64,000 nt of DNA from Alphaproteobacteria bacterium (lineage in GTDB: Bacteria; Pseudomonadota; Alphaproteobacteria; UBA8366), in contig CBDDIB010000002.1 of NCBI GenBank assembly GCA_965228695.1, forward strand, positions 1,497,089 through 1,561,088. The letters are read 5' to 3'. Shown here piece by piece: positions 56,201 to 64,000 of the stretch. The translations under genes and the position numbers were made by a program. The first letter of the stretch is position 1; each line of letters opens with the position of its first letter. Under the pieces are notes generated by a model. The model saw nothing but the letters and a program-made list of their open reading frames with translations, had not been told where the DNA came from and ran no database searches.

Positions 56201-57832
56201 TCAGTCCCTGTTCAGAAGCCGAAGTCGAAACCCCGGATTCGGTGCCCAATGAAAGCGATTGTGTTCCGGCGGTCCATCCTCGACGGCTTCGAGATCGTAG
56301 CCTTTCGCCAGCGCGGCAAGGAGGGTGCAGGCGATCTCGTGGGTCAATCTGTCGCCGACGCACATGTGCCGGAAAAGACCGAAGGGCGCATATTCGATAT
56401 GTGAAAACTTTCGACCAATGAACCGGTCTGGATCAAACTTCGCGGGATTTTCAAAGGTCCGGGAATCCTGATGTCCGTCTCTGATGCAAATTCGAATCAG
56501 CCAGCCCTTGGGGATGACATAGTCGCCGAACTCGAGGTCGCGTAGGGCTTTCCGATGCAGATATTCGCTCTGTTCGAGCCGTAATGTCTCGCTGACGATG
56601 CGGTCCGCCAAGGAGCGTAAACGCTGCGGACGGGATGCCCGGTTCCGCAGATGCTGCATCCATTCGGGGTGATCGCTTAGATGTTTGAGGACCCACATGA
56701 GCAGTCCCCCCACATCGTTGCACCCGGATTCCAGCATGAAAATAAGGTTGCCGAGAATGGTGGGGTCATCGAACTTGGCCGGGTCGGCCCGGCTGATTTC
56801 GGCAAGCAGGGAGCGCGAACGGTCGAATTCCGCGCGATCGCGCCGTGCTTCCTCGAGTATGAAATCCGTCAGTCGGCCGAGATTTTCCTGCGCCTTCTTC
56901 TGCGACGATCGCAGCATAAGGCGCGGAATGTTCACCTGTTGATAGAGCAGTTGCAGCTTTTCGAAAGCAGCACCATCGGGCCGGATACCCAGCAATACCT
57001 GCGCAAGTATCGCAAACAGCATTTGATCCAGATACTGCCGGGGTTTGACGCCGCCCGCCGACCCCAATTCGGCGTCGGCCGCCATCCGGGACAGCGTCCT
57101 TGCGGCCGCGGCTTCGGTCGGCGCGGAGCAGCCTTCCAGAAATTCTGGCGTGAACGCCGTCCGGAAAAGGTGATTGTAGACCTGATGGTCCTCCTGATTC
57201 ATGTAGCGCAGAAAGCCTCTCGGAAACAGGAGACTGAAAGGGGCGGGCGGCCACAGCTGCAACCTACTGTCGTGCCGGCGCAGGAGGTCGAGGCCCGCCT
57301 TATGGCCGACGACGCACACGGTCGGGCGCAGCGACGGGCATGGCAATGTGGACCCCACCTTGAAAATCGGGCCGTACCGTTCGGCCTGCCGCTGATAAAA
57401 GCGGTGGTCCAAATATGGATCCCAGGGCAGGATTTCGAATTTTCCCGGCAAGGCCTGCTTTCCCCGGCGGGACCCGAGCCACATCCAACAGAAAAAGCCG
57501 AAGGCCGCGAGAAGGCCGAGTATGGCTAGGATGCGAAGGAGCGTCGGCGCGAAGACGGCAATCGTGACGACCAGGAAGGAATAGATGGCAAGCAGCCCTG
57601 CCAGGGCAACGGCCTTCTTGCTCCCCTGGTGCCGAAAGGGCCGAAACATCGCCAATCGCCACGCAGGCCAGGGAAGCGCTAAGAGAATCCCGGCTTCGAT
57701 GAGCCGTTCGAAAAGGTTGGCCGCGGCATCCATTTGATATCCTATCCGCGAATATTGGTGATCAACAGCCAACGAAGTCCAGTCGCCCGCGAGTGCTAAC
57801 CCGGAAACCTGCGAGGGGTGTAATTGGGACAT
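56201..57832 (-). CDS. cytochrome P450 with N-terminal multi-helix membrane domain
   Basis: Heme-thiolate loop FGLFRHMCVG (Cys codon 56360-56362, checked). EXXR as ETLRLE. N-terminal hydrophobic segments AGILLALPWPAW and AVALAGLLAIYSFLVVTIAVFAPTLLRILAILGLLAAFGFFCWMWLG. Confidence 0.85.
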   Translation of the reverse strand: MSQLHPSQVSGLALAGDWTSLAVDHQYSRIGYQMDAAANLFERLIEAGILLALPWPAWRLAMFRPFRHQGSKKAVALAGLLAIYSFLVVTIAVFAPTLLRILAILGLLAAFGFFCWMWLGSRRGKQALPGKFEILPWDPYLDHRFYQRQAERYGPIFKVGSTLPCPSLRPTVCVVGHKAGLDLLRRHDSRLQLWPPAPFSLLFPRGFLRYMNQEDHQVYNHLFRTAFTPEFLEGCSAPTEAAAARTLSRMAADAELGSAGGVKPRQYLDQMLFAILAQVLLGIRPDGAAFEKLQLLYQQVNIPRLMLRSSQKKAQENLGRLTDFILEEARRDRAEFDRSRSLLAEISRADPAKFDDPTILGNLIFMLESGCNDVGGLLMWVLKHLSDHPEWMQHLRNRASRPQRLRSLADRIVSETLRLEQSEYLHRKALRDLEFGDYVIPKGWLIRICIRDGHQDSRTFENPAKFDPDRFIGRKFSHIEYAPFGLFRHMCVGDRLTHEIACTLLAALAKGYDLEAVEDGPPEHNRFHWAPNPGFRLRLLNRD

Positions 57833-57938
57833 TTCCCGCTCTTATGGCGATTTTCGGATATCGTGGTATTTCACTTCCCCGAGCCCATGGCGTACCCTTT
57901 GACCGGCTGGTTCGAACCCACCGACCGAGGAGCGCCGC

Positions 57939-58364
57939 ATGGAACCGCTGTTTCATCTTTCCATTCCCGTCGACGATCTGGACCGCGCGAAGACGTTCTA
58001 TATCGATACGCTGGGCTGCACGGTCGGACGTGAGACGCGGGGCCGGTTCGATATCAATTTCTTCGGGCACCACATCGTGGCGCATCTCTCGCCGCGGGAG
58101 GCGGCGAAGGCCAACGGCACCATCCCGTCCGACGGCGCGACCGCGCCGCTGCGCCATTTCGGCGTGATCCTGCCGCTGGACGATTGGAAGGATATGGAAC
58201 GCCGGCTGACCGATCGGAACGTCGCATTCTTGCTGTCGCCGCGCCTGTCCTTTTCGGGAAAACCGGCGGAGCAGCACATCATGATGCTGCCCGACGGCTG
58301 CGGTAACGTCGTCGAGTTCAAGTCCCAGCCCCGTGACCGCGTGTTCGCGACGGACGCGCCGTAA
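57939..58364 (+). CDS. VOC (glyoxalase/bleomycin-resistance/dioxygenase) family protein
   Basis: LFHLSIPVDDLDRAKTFYIDTLGC...HFGVILP...VVEFKS. Confidence 0.7.
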   Translation: MEPLFHLSIPVDDLDRAKTFYIDTLGCTVGRETRGRFDINFFGHHIVAHLSPREAAKANGTIPSDGATAPLRHFGVILPLDDWKDMERRLTDRNVAFLLSPRLSFSGKPAEQHIMMLPDGCGNVVEFKSQPRDRVFATDAP

Positions 58365-58388
58365 AGTCTCCGTCGATTGAGCAGAATG

Positions 58389-58940
58389 CTAGAGTAAACC
58401 CTTGAGCCTAAGGAGCCCGAAGGCGGCAACGGTCGTGGCATCCTTGATCTTGCCGTCGCAAATCATGCTTTCCAGCGTACTCATTTCGAAGGTTCGGGAG
58501 ATAAGGTCTTGTTCCTCCGGCTCCGGGGCGGGCGCATTCTGTTGCAGACCAGTGGCCAAGAACACATGGTAGCCCTGTGTGGCGTAGCCGTAGCCCTGGA
58601 ACAAATGCCCCCCATAGATCAAATCCGATGCTTCGAGGCCAGTCTCTTCCCGCAACTCTTGGCGGGCCGTTTCTAAAGGATCGCTCTCGGGCGCTGCTTC
58701 CCACGAGCCCTGCGGCATTTCCCAATAGCGTGCTCTGACTGGGTATCGAAATTGCTGAACAAGGTGAATTCGACCATCGGTTTCGACTGGGGCAATAGCG
58801 ACAAAATCCGGTTTCTCAACGACGCCATAAATGCCATCAGAGCCGTCCGGGCGTCGGATTTGATCCTCACGTACCCGCATCCATCGGTTTTCGTAGGCCA
58901 CGCGCGATTCGATCGTCTCAATATCCGGAACATCAATCAC
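58389..58940 (-). CDS. NUDIX hydrolase (ADP-ribose pyrophosphatase-like)
   Basis: GTG start follows GGGAGA. Nudix box GSWEAAPESDPLETARQELREETGL. Confidence 0.85.
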   Translation of the reverse strand: MIDVPDIETIESRVAYENRWMRVREDQIRRPDGSDGIYGVVEKPDFVAIAPVETDGRIHLVQQFRYPVRARYWEMPQGSWEAAPESDPLETARQELREETGLEASDLIYGGHLFQGYGYATQGYHVFLATGLQQNAPAPEPEEQDLISRTFEMSTLESMICDGKIKDATTVAAFGLLRLKGLL

Positions 58941-59095
58941 CCTGCATTCTCCCTAGCGGCGTATTCTCCAAGTTCTTGCGAGGATCATAGATTGGTTCTG
59001 AGACTCGGTTGAATCTCGTTTGAGATGACCGATGACCCCGGCAATTTTACAGTCTGCTGCTTCTTCAAATCCTGGACGCAAAATTGACATCCGTG

Positions 59096-59794
59096 TCAGG
59101 CGAGGTCGAACAGCAATAGGTCGGCCTCGTGCCCGGTTTCCAGGGTGATCGAATGTTCGCCGGATATCGCGGCGCCATCCCCCGCCCGGAGTTCGTCTCC
59201 GTTCAACTGAACGATCCCCGCGGCGACATGCAGCCAGGCCCGGCGGCTCGCGTCGAGTTCCTGCATCACGCGGTCGCCCTCGGCCAGCGATCCACGATAG
59301 AGCTTCACGTCTTGGTGGATGGTAACCGCATCGGCCGTTCCATGCCGGTCGGCCACTAATTGGAAGCGAACCTTCCGGTCTTCCGGCTCGAAGTGCTTCT
59401 GCTCGTAGCCGGGTTCGAGGCCGTCCGCTTCGGGGATGATCCAGATTTGCAGGAAGTGGACAACGTCCTCCTGGGAGGCGTTGAATTCGCTGTGGAGAAT
59501 GCCGGTGCCGGCGGACATGCGCTGAACGTCGCCCGGGCGGATCACCGAACCGTTGCCGAGGCTGTCGCGATGTTCGAGGGCGCCCTCCAGCACGACGGTG
59601 ACGATTTCCATGTCCCGGTGGCCATGTTCGCCGAACCCGGCACCGGGTATCACCCGGTCGTCGTTGATCACGCGCAGTGCGCCGAACCCCATGTGGGCCG
59701 GGTCGCGGTAGTCGCCGAAGGAGAAGCTGTGGCGGCTGTCGAGCCAGCCGAGTTTGGTATGCCCGCGCGTGTTGCGGTCCCGGATGACGATCAT
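59096..59794 (-). CDS. pirin family protein
   Basis: GWLDSRHSFSFGDY, GFGEHGHRDMEIVTVVLEGALEHRDSLGN. Confidence 0.9.
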   Translation of the reverse strand: MIVIRDRNTRGHTKLGWLDSRHSFSFGDYRDPAHMGFGALRVINDDRVIPGAGFGEHGHRDMEIVTVVLEGALEHRDSLGNGSVIRPGDVQRMSAGTGILHSEFNASQEDVVHFLQIWIIPEADGLEPGYEQKHFEPEDRKVRFQLVADRHGTADAVTIHQDVKLYRGSLAEGDRVMQELDASRRAWLHVAAGIVQLNGDELRAGDGAAISGEHSITLETGHEADLLLFDLA

Positions 59795-59927
59795 TCGATT
59801 ATCTCCCTACTGTCGTGGATGGACGATCCGGCGTATGGGCAGCGCACCGTGATCGCCACGGGATTATTTGGTGGCTCCAAGTCCGGAAATCCAATGTGAC
59901 GCGCGCTTGGGTGTGGACATATCAATT

Positions 59928-59944
59928 ATTCCATTTAATGGAAT
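59928..59944. promoter_or_regulatory. perfect 17-bp palindrome ATTCCATT-T-AATGGAAT in the divergent pirin/VOC intergenic region
   Basis: All 8 arm pairs checked base by base. Lies in an AT-rich stretch 134 nt from the pirin ATG and 122 nt from the VOC ATG. Confidence 0.35.
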
Positions 59945-60065
59945 GAAATTTTCAAAAAACCCACAATTCTATTTTTACGTTGGAACAATAAGTATGTGTG
60001 CCGATCGAGACTGAAACCGGCACAGCCCGTGCCGGTACCGACCAAACCATCGGAGGATTAGCAGG

Positions 60066-60476
60066 ATGACCACTTCAACCGTGACCGAGGGCGCGCATCA
60101 CATCGGACTGACGGTGCCCAACCTAACCGACACCCGCGCCTTTTTCATCGAGTCGTTGGGATTCAGCCAAGTGGGCGAGGTGCCGGATTATCCCGCCGTC
60201 TTCTTGAGCGACGGGACGACGATGCTCACGCTTTGGCAGGCCGAGAATCCGGAAACCGCGACCAAGTTCGACCGCAAGAACGTGATCGGCCTGCATCACT
60301 TCGCCTTGAAGGTGAAGGACGCCGAGACGCTGGATCGGCTGCACGGTCAACTGGCGGGCGCAGAGGGCGTGGATGTCGAATTCGCCCCTGAGGCGCTCGG
60401 TGACGGACCGGCTAAACACATGATGCTCGCCATACCCGGCGGCATTCGAATGGAACTCATCACGCTGCCGGCGTGA
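60066..60476 (+). CDS. VOC family protein (glyoxalase-like)
   Basis: GAHHIGLTVPNLTDTRAFFIESLGF...GLHHFALKV...RMELI. SD GGAGG upstream. Confidence 0.8.
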   Translation: MTTSTVTEGAHHIGLTVPNLTDTRAFFIESLGFSQVGEVPDYPAVFLSDGTTMLTLWQAENPETATKFDRKNVIGLHHFALKVKDAETLDRLHGQLAGAEGVDVEFAPEALGDGPAKHMMLAIPGGIRMELITLPA

Positions 60477-60522
60477 GTGCTTGGTTCGCTGTACCGGACG
60501 ACTGAAGACGGGATCGCGTAGG

Positions 60523-62175
60523 ATGGATGAGAGCAGAACAATCGAAGGTTCCCCCTTTCATGCCGGCGAGCAACAGGTGCAGGCGCGTCTGGGCGTCCGG
60601 GATATCGAGGACTGGGCCCGCAAGGTCGTTCGCCCCTATATGCCGGACGAGCACCGCGCTTTCCATACGTCGCTCCCGTTTTTGGTCGCCGGGGCCATGG
60701 ACGAACAAGGCCGCCCCTGGGCGACGCTGCTTACCGGACCCGACGGGTTCATCACGTCACCCGATCCCCGGTCGTTGGTGATGGACGGTATTTCGCTCGA
60801 CAACGACCCGCTGGAGGGCGCGCTCGCCGCCGGGCGGCACTTGGGGTTGCTCGGCATCGAACTGGCGACCCGGCGGCGCAATCGGATGAACGGCCGTGTC
60901 CGCGCCGGCGAAGACGGCCGGTTGATCTTCGACATCGACCAGACGTTTGGAAACTGTCCGCAATATATCCGCGAACGCGAATGGACTCGCGTTGAAAACC
61001 ACGTCGCCGGACCCTCGGAGATATCCGACCGGCTGTCGCCGAACCAGCGTGCGTGGATCGGCAAGGCCGACACATTCTTTATCGCGAGCGGCTACATCGG
61101 GGACGGCGACAGCCCGGCCTTCGGGATGGACGCGTCGCACCGGGGCGGCGAACCCGGGTTCGTGCGCGTCGTCGACGACACGCGGTTCCAATTTCCCGAT
61201 TTCGCCGGCAACAATCATTACAACACGCTCGGCAACATCGTTCTCAATCCGAAGGTCGGTTTCCTGTTCGTCGACTTTCCGACGGGAAGCGTGTTGCAGA
61301 TGACCGGCCATGCATCGATCGACTGGGACTCGGATGCGGTGGCAAAGATTCCCGGCGCCCGGCGTATCGTGACGTTCGAGATCGAAGAAATCCGGGAACG
61401 GCGCTCGGCCGTGCCCTTGCGGTGGGCGGAAAACGCCGATTTCGTTCGCTCCCTGCGGCTGATCGAGAAAATCCCCGAAAGCGACGATATCACGTCCTTC
61501 GTGTTCGAGGCGCGTGACGGCGCCCCCTTACCGATGTTCGAGGCGGGTCAGTATCTGCCCATCGAATTGAAGGTGCCGGGCATCGATGGCCCCGTTCGGC
61601 GAACCTATTCGCTCTCCGGTCCGCCGAGCACGGCGCGCTACCGGATTTCCGTCAAACGGGAACCGATGGGCATCGCGTCTCGGCATCTTCACGATCGTGT
61701 GGAGGTCGGCGCCATCATCGATGCCCGTCATCCGGCGGGGGAAGATCTCATGCTGCCGTGCGACCGATGTCCCGTCGCCCTGATCAGCGCCGGTGTCGGC
61801 ATAACGCCCATGATGTCCCTGCTGCATGAATTGGCGCGGGAACACAGCGACCGGCCGGTGTGGTTCATCCATGGCGCGCGCGACGGGGACCACCACGTTC
61901 TGTCGCGGGAAACGAGGGACCTCGTCGCGAGCCGGCCCTCGATCAGCCTGCATGTCGCCTATAGCCGCCCCGGCGAAACCGACCGGTTCGGTGAGGATTT
62001 TCAAAGCGAAGGCCGCATCGATGGCGCATTGGTCGCGCGGCTCGTGGACGCGCCGGACGCGCATTATCTTCTCTGCGGACCCGCATTCTTCATGGCGGGT
62101 GTTCAGGATTCCCTGGAACGCAGAGGCGTATCGCCCGACCGCATTCATACGGAATCGTTCGGCCCGAAAGGCTGA
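60523..62175 (+). CDS. PNPOx-like FMN-binding domain :: ferredoxin-reductase-type FAD/NAD(P) domain fusion oxidoreductase
   Basis: ATG 60523 (MDESRTIEGSPFHAGEQQVQ...). FAD motif RRTYSLS. NAD motif LISAGVGITPMMSLL. C-terminal HTESFG. Confidence 0.75.
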   Translation: MDESRTIEGSPFHAGEQQVQARLGVRDIEDWARKVVRPYMPDEHRAFHTSLPFLVAGAMDEQGRPWATLLTGPDGFITSPDPRSLVMDGISLDNDPLEGALAAGRHLGLLGIELATRRRNRMNGRVRAGEDGRLIFDIDQTFGNCPQYIREREWTRVENHVAGPSEISDRLSPNQRAWIGKADTFFIASGYIGDGDSPAFGMDASHRGGEPGFVRVVDDTRFQFPDFAGNNHYNTLGNIVLNPKVGFLFVDFPTGSVLQMTGHASIDWDSDAVAKIPGARRIVTFEIEEIRERRSAVPLRWAENADFVRSLRLIEKIPESDDITSFVFEARDGAPLPMFEAGQYLPIELKVPGIDGPVRRTYSLSGPPSTARYRISVKREPMGIASRHLHDRVEVGAIIDARHPAGEDLMLPCDRCPVALISAGVGITPMMSLLHELAREHSDRPVWFIHGARDGDHHVLSRETRDLVASRPSISLHVAYSRPGETDRFGEDFQSEGRIDGALVARLVDAPDAHYLLCGPAFFMAGVQDSLERRGVSPDRIHTESFGPKG

Positions 62176-62181
62176 TGCCGG

Positions 62182-63546
62182 CTATCCCGCCAAGCCGTCG
62201 GCGACGCGGCGGGCGCGGTCGGCCTGTGTCCGGGCGATGACCGCGCAGGAGCCGGTATAGGCTTCCGGATCCAGCTTGGCGGCGATGTCTTCCGGCGATA
62301 GATGGCGCCGTACCGTCTCGTTTTCGGCCAGCAGATCGGCGAAGGCGCGGCCGGTGGTCGCCGCCGCCTGGGCCGCGTCGTATATGGCGTCATGCGCCTC
62401 CTGGCGGCCAATCTCGCGGCCGAGGTCGAGCATCAGCGCCTCGCCCAGGATCAGGCCGCCGGAAAGGTCCAGGTTTTGCCGCATGCGCTCGGGGTCGACG
62501 GTCAGACCGCCGATCACCATCTCGATTCGCACGAGAATATTACCCATGGCCTCGCAGGCTGGCTCGACGGCGCTGCGCATCATCAGGTCGGTCGTGCGGT
62601 CGGCCTCGTGCTCGGTCTGCATCGCCTCCAGCGCCAGCGGCACCAGGGCGCGTACGTTCGCGGCGGCGGCGATGATGTCCTGCGTCAGCTTCGGATTGCG
62701 CTTCTGCGGCATGGTCGAACTGCCGACCGTGCCCGGCGGGACCGGCTCCTCGACTTCGCCGAACTCCTGTTTCATCAGCGTGTAGACCTCGCGGGCGATC
62801 TTGCTGCAGGTCGCCGCCAACAGACCCAGTAGCGTCACGTATTCCGCCTTGTGATCGCCGGTGGTGCGGGCCGGCACCGGCATCGGGGGCATGTCCAGGT
62901 AATGCGCCATCCGCTCGTGTAGTTCCTGGCCCTGGTCGCCGAAGGACGCGAAGGTGCCGGCGGCACCGCCCAGCATGGAGGTGAAGTTGCGTTTCTCCGC
63001 CTCGCGCAGGCGCTCCACATGGCGGCACAGCTCGTCGACCCAGACGCCGACCTTGAACCCGAAGGTGATCGGCACGGCATGCTGGCCGTGCGTCCGTCCC
63101 GGCAGCGGCGCGTCGGCGGTGCGCTCGGCCAGATCCGCCATGGCCGTCAGGCTGCGGCCGATCAGCGTCAGAAACTTCCGGTGCGCCCGGCGGATCAACA
63201 GCAGGTCGCCGGTCTGCGTGATGTTCTGCGTCGTCGCCCCCCAGTGCACATAGCCGCCGGCGTCGCCGTCGCAGATGTGCGCCAATTCCCAGACCAGCGG
63301 CACGATCTGATGCCCCGTCCGCGTCAGGGATTCAATCATGCGGTCGCGGTCGAGCAACTCGACCTTTGCCTTGGCGGCGATCTCTTTCGCGGCCTCGGCC
63401 GGGATCATGCCGAGATCGGCTTCGGCCTTCGCCAAGGCCGCCTCCACGTCGAGCCACGCCTGCCAGCGGCTTTCCATGGTGAACAGGTCGCGGATACCGG
63501 GATCGGCGATGCGGAAATCGGTCGGGTTTTGCGGCATATCGGACAT
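62182..63546 (-). CDS. fumarate-lyase superfamily protein (adenylosuccinate lyase / 3-carboxy-cis,cis-muconate cycloisomerase-like)
   Basis: ATG 63546 follows AAGGAA (MSDMPQNPTDFRIADPG...). Signature GSSTMPQKRNP. The upstream 86 aa of the track ORF are discarded. Confidence 0.8.
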   Translation of the reverse strand: MSDMPQNPTDFRIADPGIRDLFTMESRWQAWLDVEAALAKAEADLGMIPAEAAKEIAAKAKVELLDRDRMIESLTRTGHQIVPLVWELAHICDGDAGGYVHWGATTQNITQTGDLLLIRRAHRKFLTLIGRSLTAMADLAERTADAPLPGRTHGQHAVPITFGFKVGVWVDELCRHVERLREAEKRNFTSMLGGAAGTFASFGDQGQELHERMAHYLDMPPMPVPARTTGDHKAEYVTLLGLLAATCSKIAREVYTLMKQEFGEVEEPVPPGTVGSSTMPQKRNPKLTQDIIAAAANVRALVPLALEAMQTEHEADRTTDLMMRSAVEPACEAMGNILVRIEMVIGGLTVDPERMRQNLDLSGGLILGEALMLDLGREIGRQEAHDAIYDAAQAAATTGRAFADLLAENETVRRHLSPEDIAAKLDPEAYTGSCAVIARTQADRARRVADGLAG

Positions 63547-63618
63547 CGGGTATTCCTTATCGGTCGGCGGTGCAGTTCCTTGCGGCAGAATAACAGCAAT
63601 TCGGGAAGGGCGTTCATC

Positions 63619-64000
63619 ATGCAGCCGGAATACGTGGTTGTCGGGGCCGGGTCGGCGGGGTGCGCCGTCGCCTGCCGGTTGGTGCAGGGCGGTGCGCGGG
63701 TCGTGCTGCTCGAAGCGGGACCCAAGGACAGCAACCCGCGCATCCACGTGCCGGCCGCGCTGCGGCCCTTGCTGAACGACCGGGAGGTGAACTGGAATTT
63801 CCAAGCCGAGCCGGTGGAGAGCGCCGGCGGCCGCCGCATCAGCCTGCCGCGCGGCAAGGTGCTGGGCGGGTCTAGTTCGATCAACGGCATGCTGTATGTC
63901 CGCGGCAATCCCGCCGACTACGACGGGTGGGCGCAGCGGGGCTGCCGCGGTTGGTCCTATGACGAGGTATTGCCGTATTTCCGGGAATCGGAAACCTATA
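63619..64000 (+). CDS. GMC family oxidoreductase (choline dehydrogenase-like), N-terminal part, runs off the window
   Basis: Own translation: MQPEYVVVGAGSAGCAVACRLVQGG...GKVLGGSSSINGMLYVRGNPADYDGW. Not in the track because there is no stop inside the window. Confidence 0.85.
   Translation, partial: MQPEYVVVGAGSAGCAVACRLVQGGARVVLLEAGPKDSNPRIHVPAALRPLLNDREVNWNFQAEPVESAGGRRISLPRGKVLGGSSSINGMLYVRGNPADYDGWAQRGCRGWSYDEVLPYFRESETY

Noticed and set aside
56088-56404. Track ORFs 56088..56363(-) and 56135..56404(+)
   Set aside because: Both overlap the 3' end of the P450 gene, one in an alternative frame and one antisense. Neither has supporting signals.
63547-63804. N-terminal 86-aa extension of track ORF 62182..63804
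   Set aside because: The family similarity starts at MSDMPQNP (ATG 63546, good SD AAGGAA). The extension would overlap the divergent GMC oxidoreductase gene start.
1-64000. Looked for CRISPR arrays, IS elements/transposases, integrases, phage genes, toxin-antitoxin pairs and known defence-system signatures
   Set aside because: I saw no regularly spaced short repeats, no transposase- or integrase-like ORFs and no small overlapping TA-like gene pairs. The only large repeat is the porin module duplication.

Overview
High-GC, gene-dense chromosomal segment. Synteny looks alphaproteobacterial (TPR lipoprotein-ispE, DUF1285-NUDIX-cca, MoxR-DUF58-BatA-like), but that is inference only. I support about 60 protein genes, one tRNA-Gln, two intrinsic terminators and one 1.5-kb tandem duplication. 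I see no CRISPR array, transposase, integrase or prophage gene. I also recognise no DNA-binding regulator gene; the only signalling gene is an orphan sensor kinase. Housekeeping content: ETF-ubiquinone oxidoreductase, ispE, a divergent bioFD/bioBA cluster, msrB, cca and a family-4 UDG. Accessory content, ranked by interest: (1) a tightly coupled minus-strand operon at 50.1-57.8 kb. It encodes a PqqD-like protein, an HprK-like P-loop kinase, two NTP_transf_5-type nucleotidyltransferase paralogues (one with its DxD motif lost), GT2, GT4 and a membrane-anchored P450. It has no lasso cyclase, leader protease or exporter. It is my best candidate for an undescribed peptide/protein phospho-glyco-modification system; the substrate is unidentified. 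(2) A tandemly duplicated porin + 60-aa lipoprotein module at 24.4-27.9 kb, with a conserved 116-nt leader carrying direct repeats and divergence clustered in discrete patches. (3) An operon of two TPR::ATP-grasp paralogues plus a racemase-fold protein that has only one Cys (8.3-12.6 kb), and a third TPR::enzyme fusion (TPR::2OG-oxygenase-like) at 21.6 kb. (4) A periplasmic CXXCH (heme-c type) sensor histidine kinase. (5) A MoxR-DUF58-BatA-like-membrane protein operon. The rest is oxidoreductase- and CoA-transferase-rich catabolic content. Many long ORFs in the supplied track are antisense or alternative-frame shadows typical of high-GC DNA. I corrected several start codons by reading the DNA for ATG/GTG/TTG, Shine-Dalgarno-like sequences and stop/start overlaps. 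All family assignments rest on motif recognition by eye; no searches were run.
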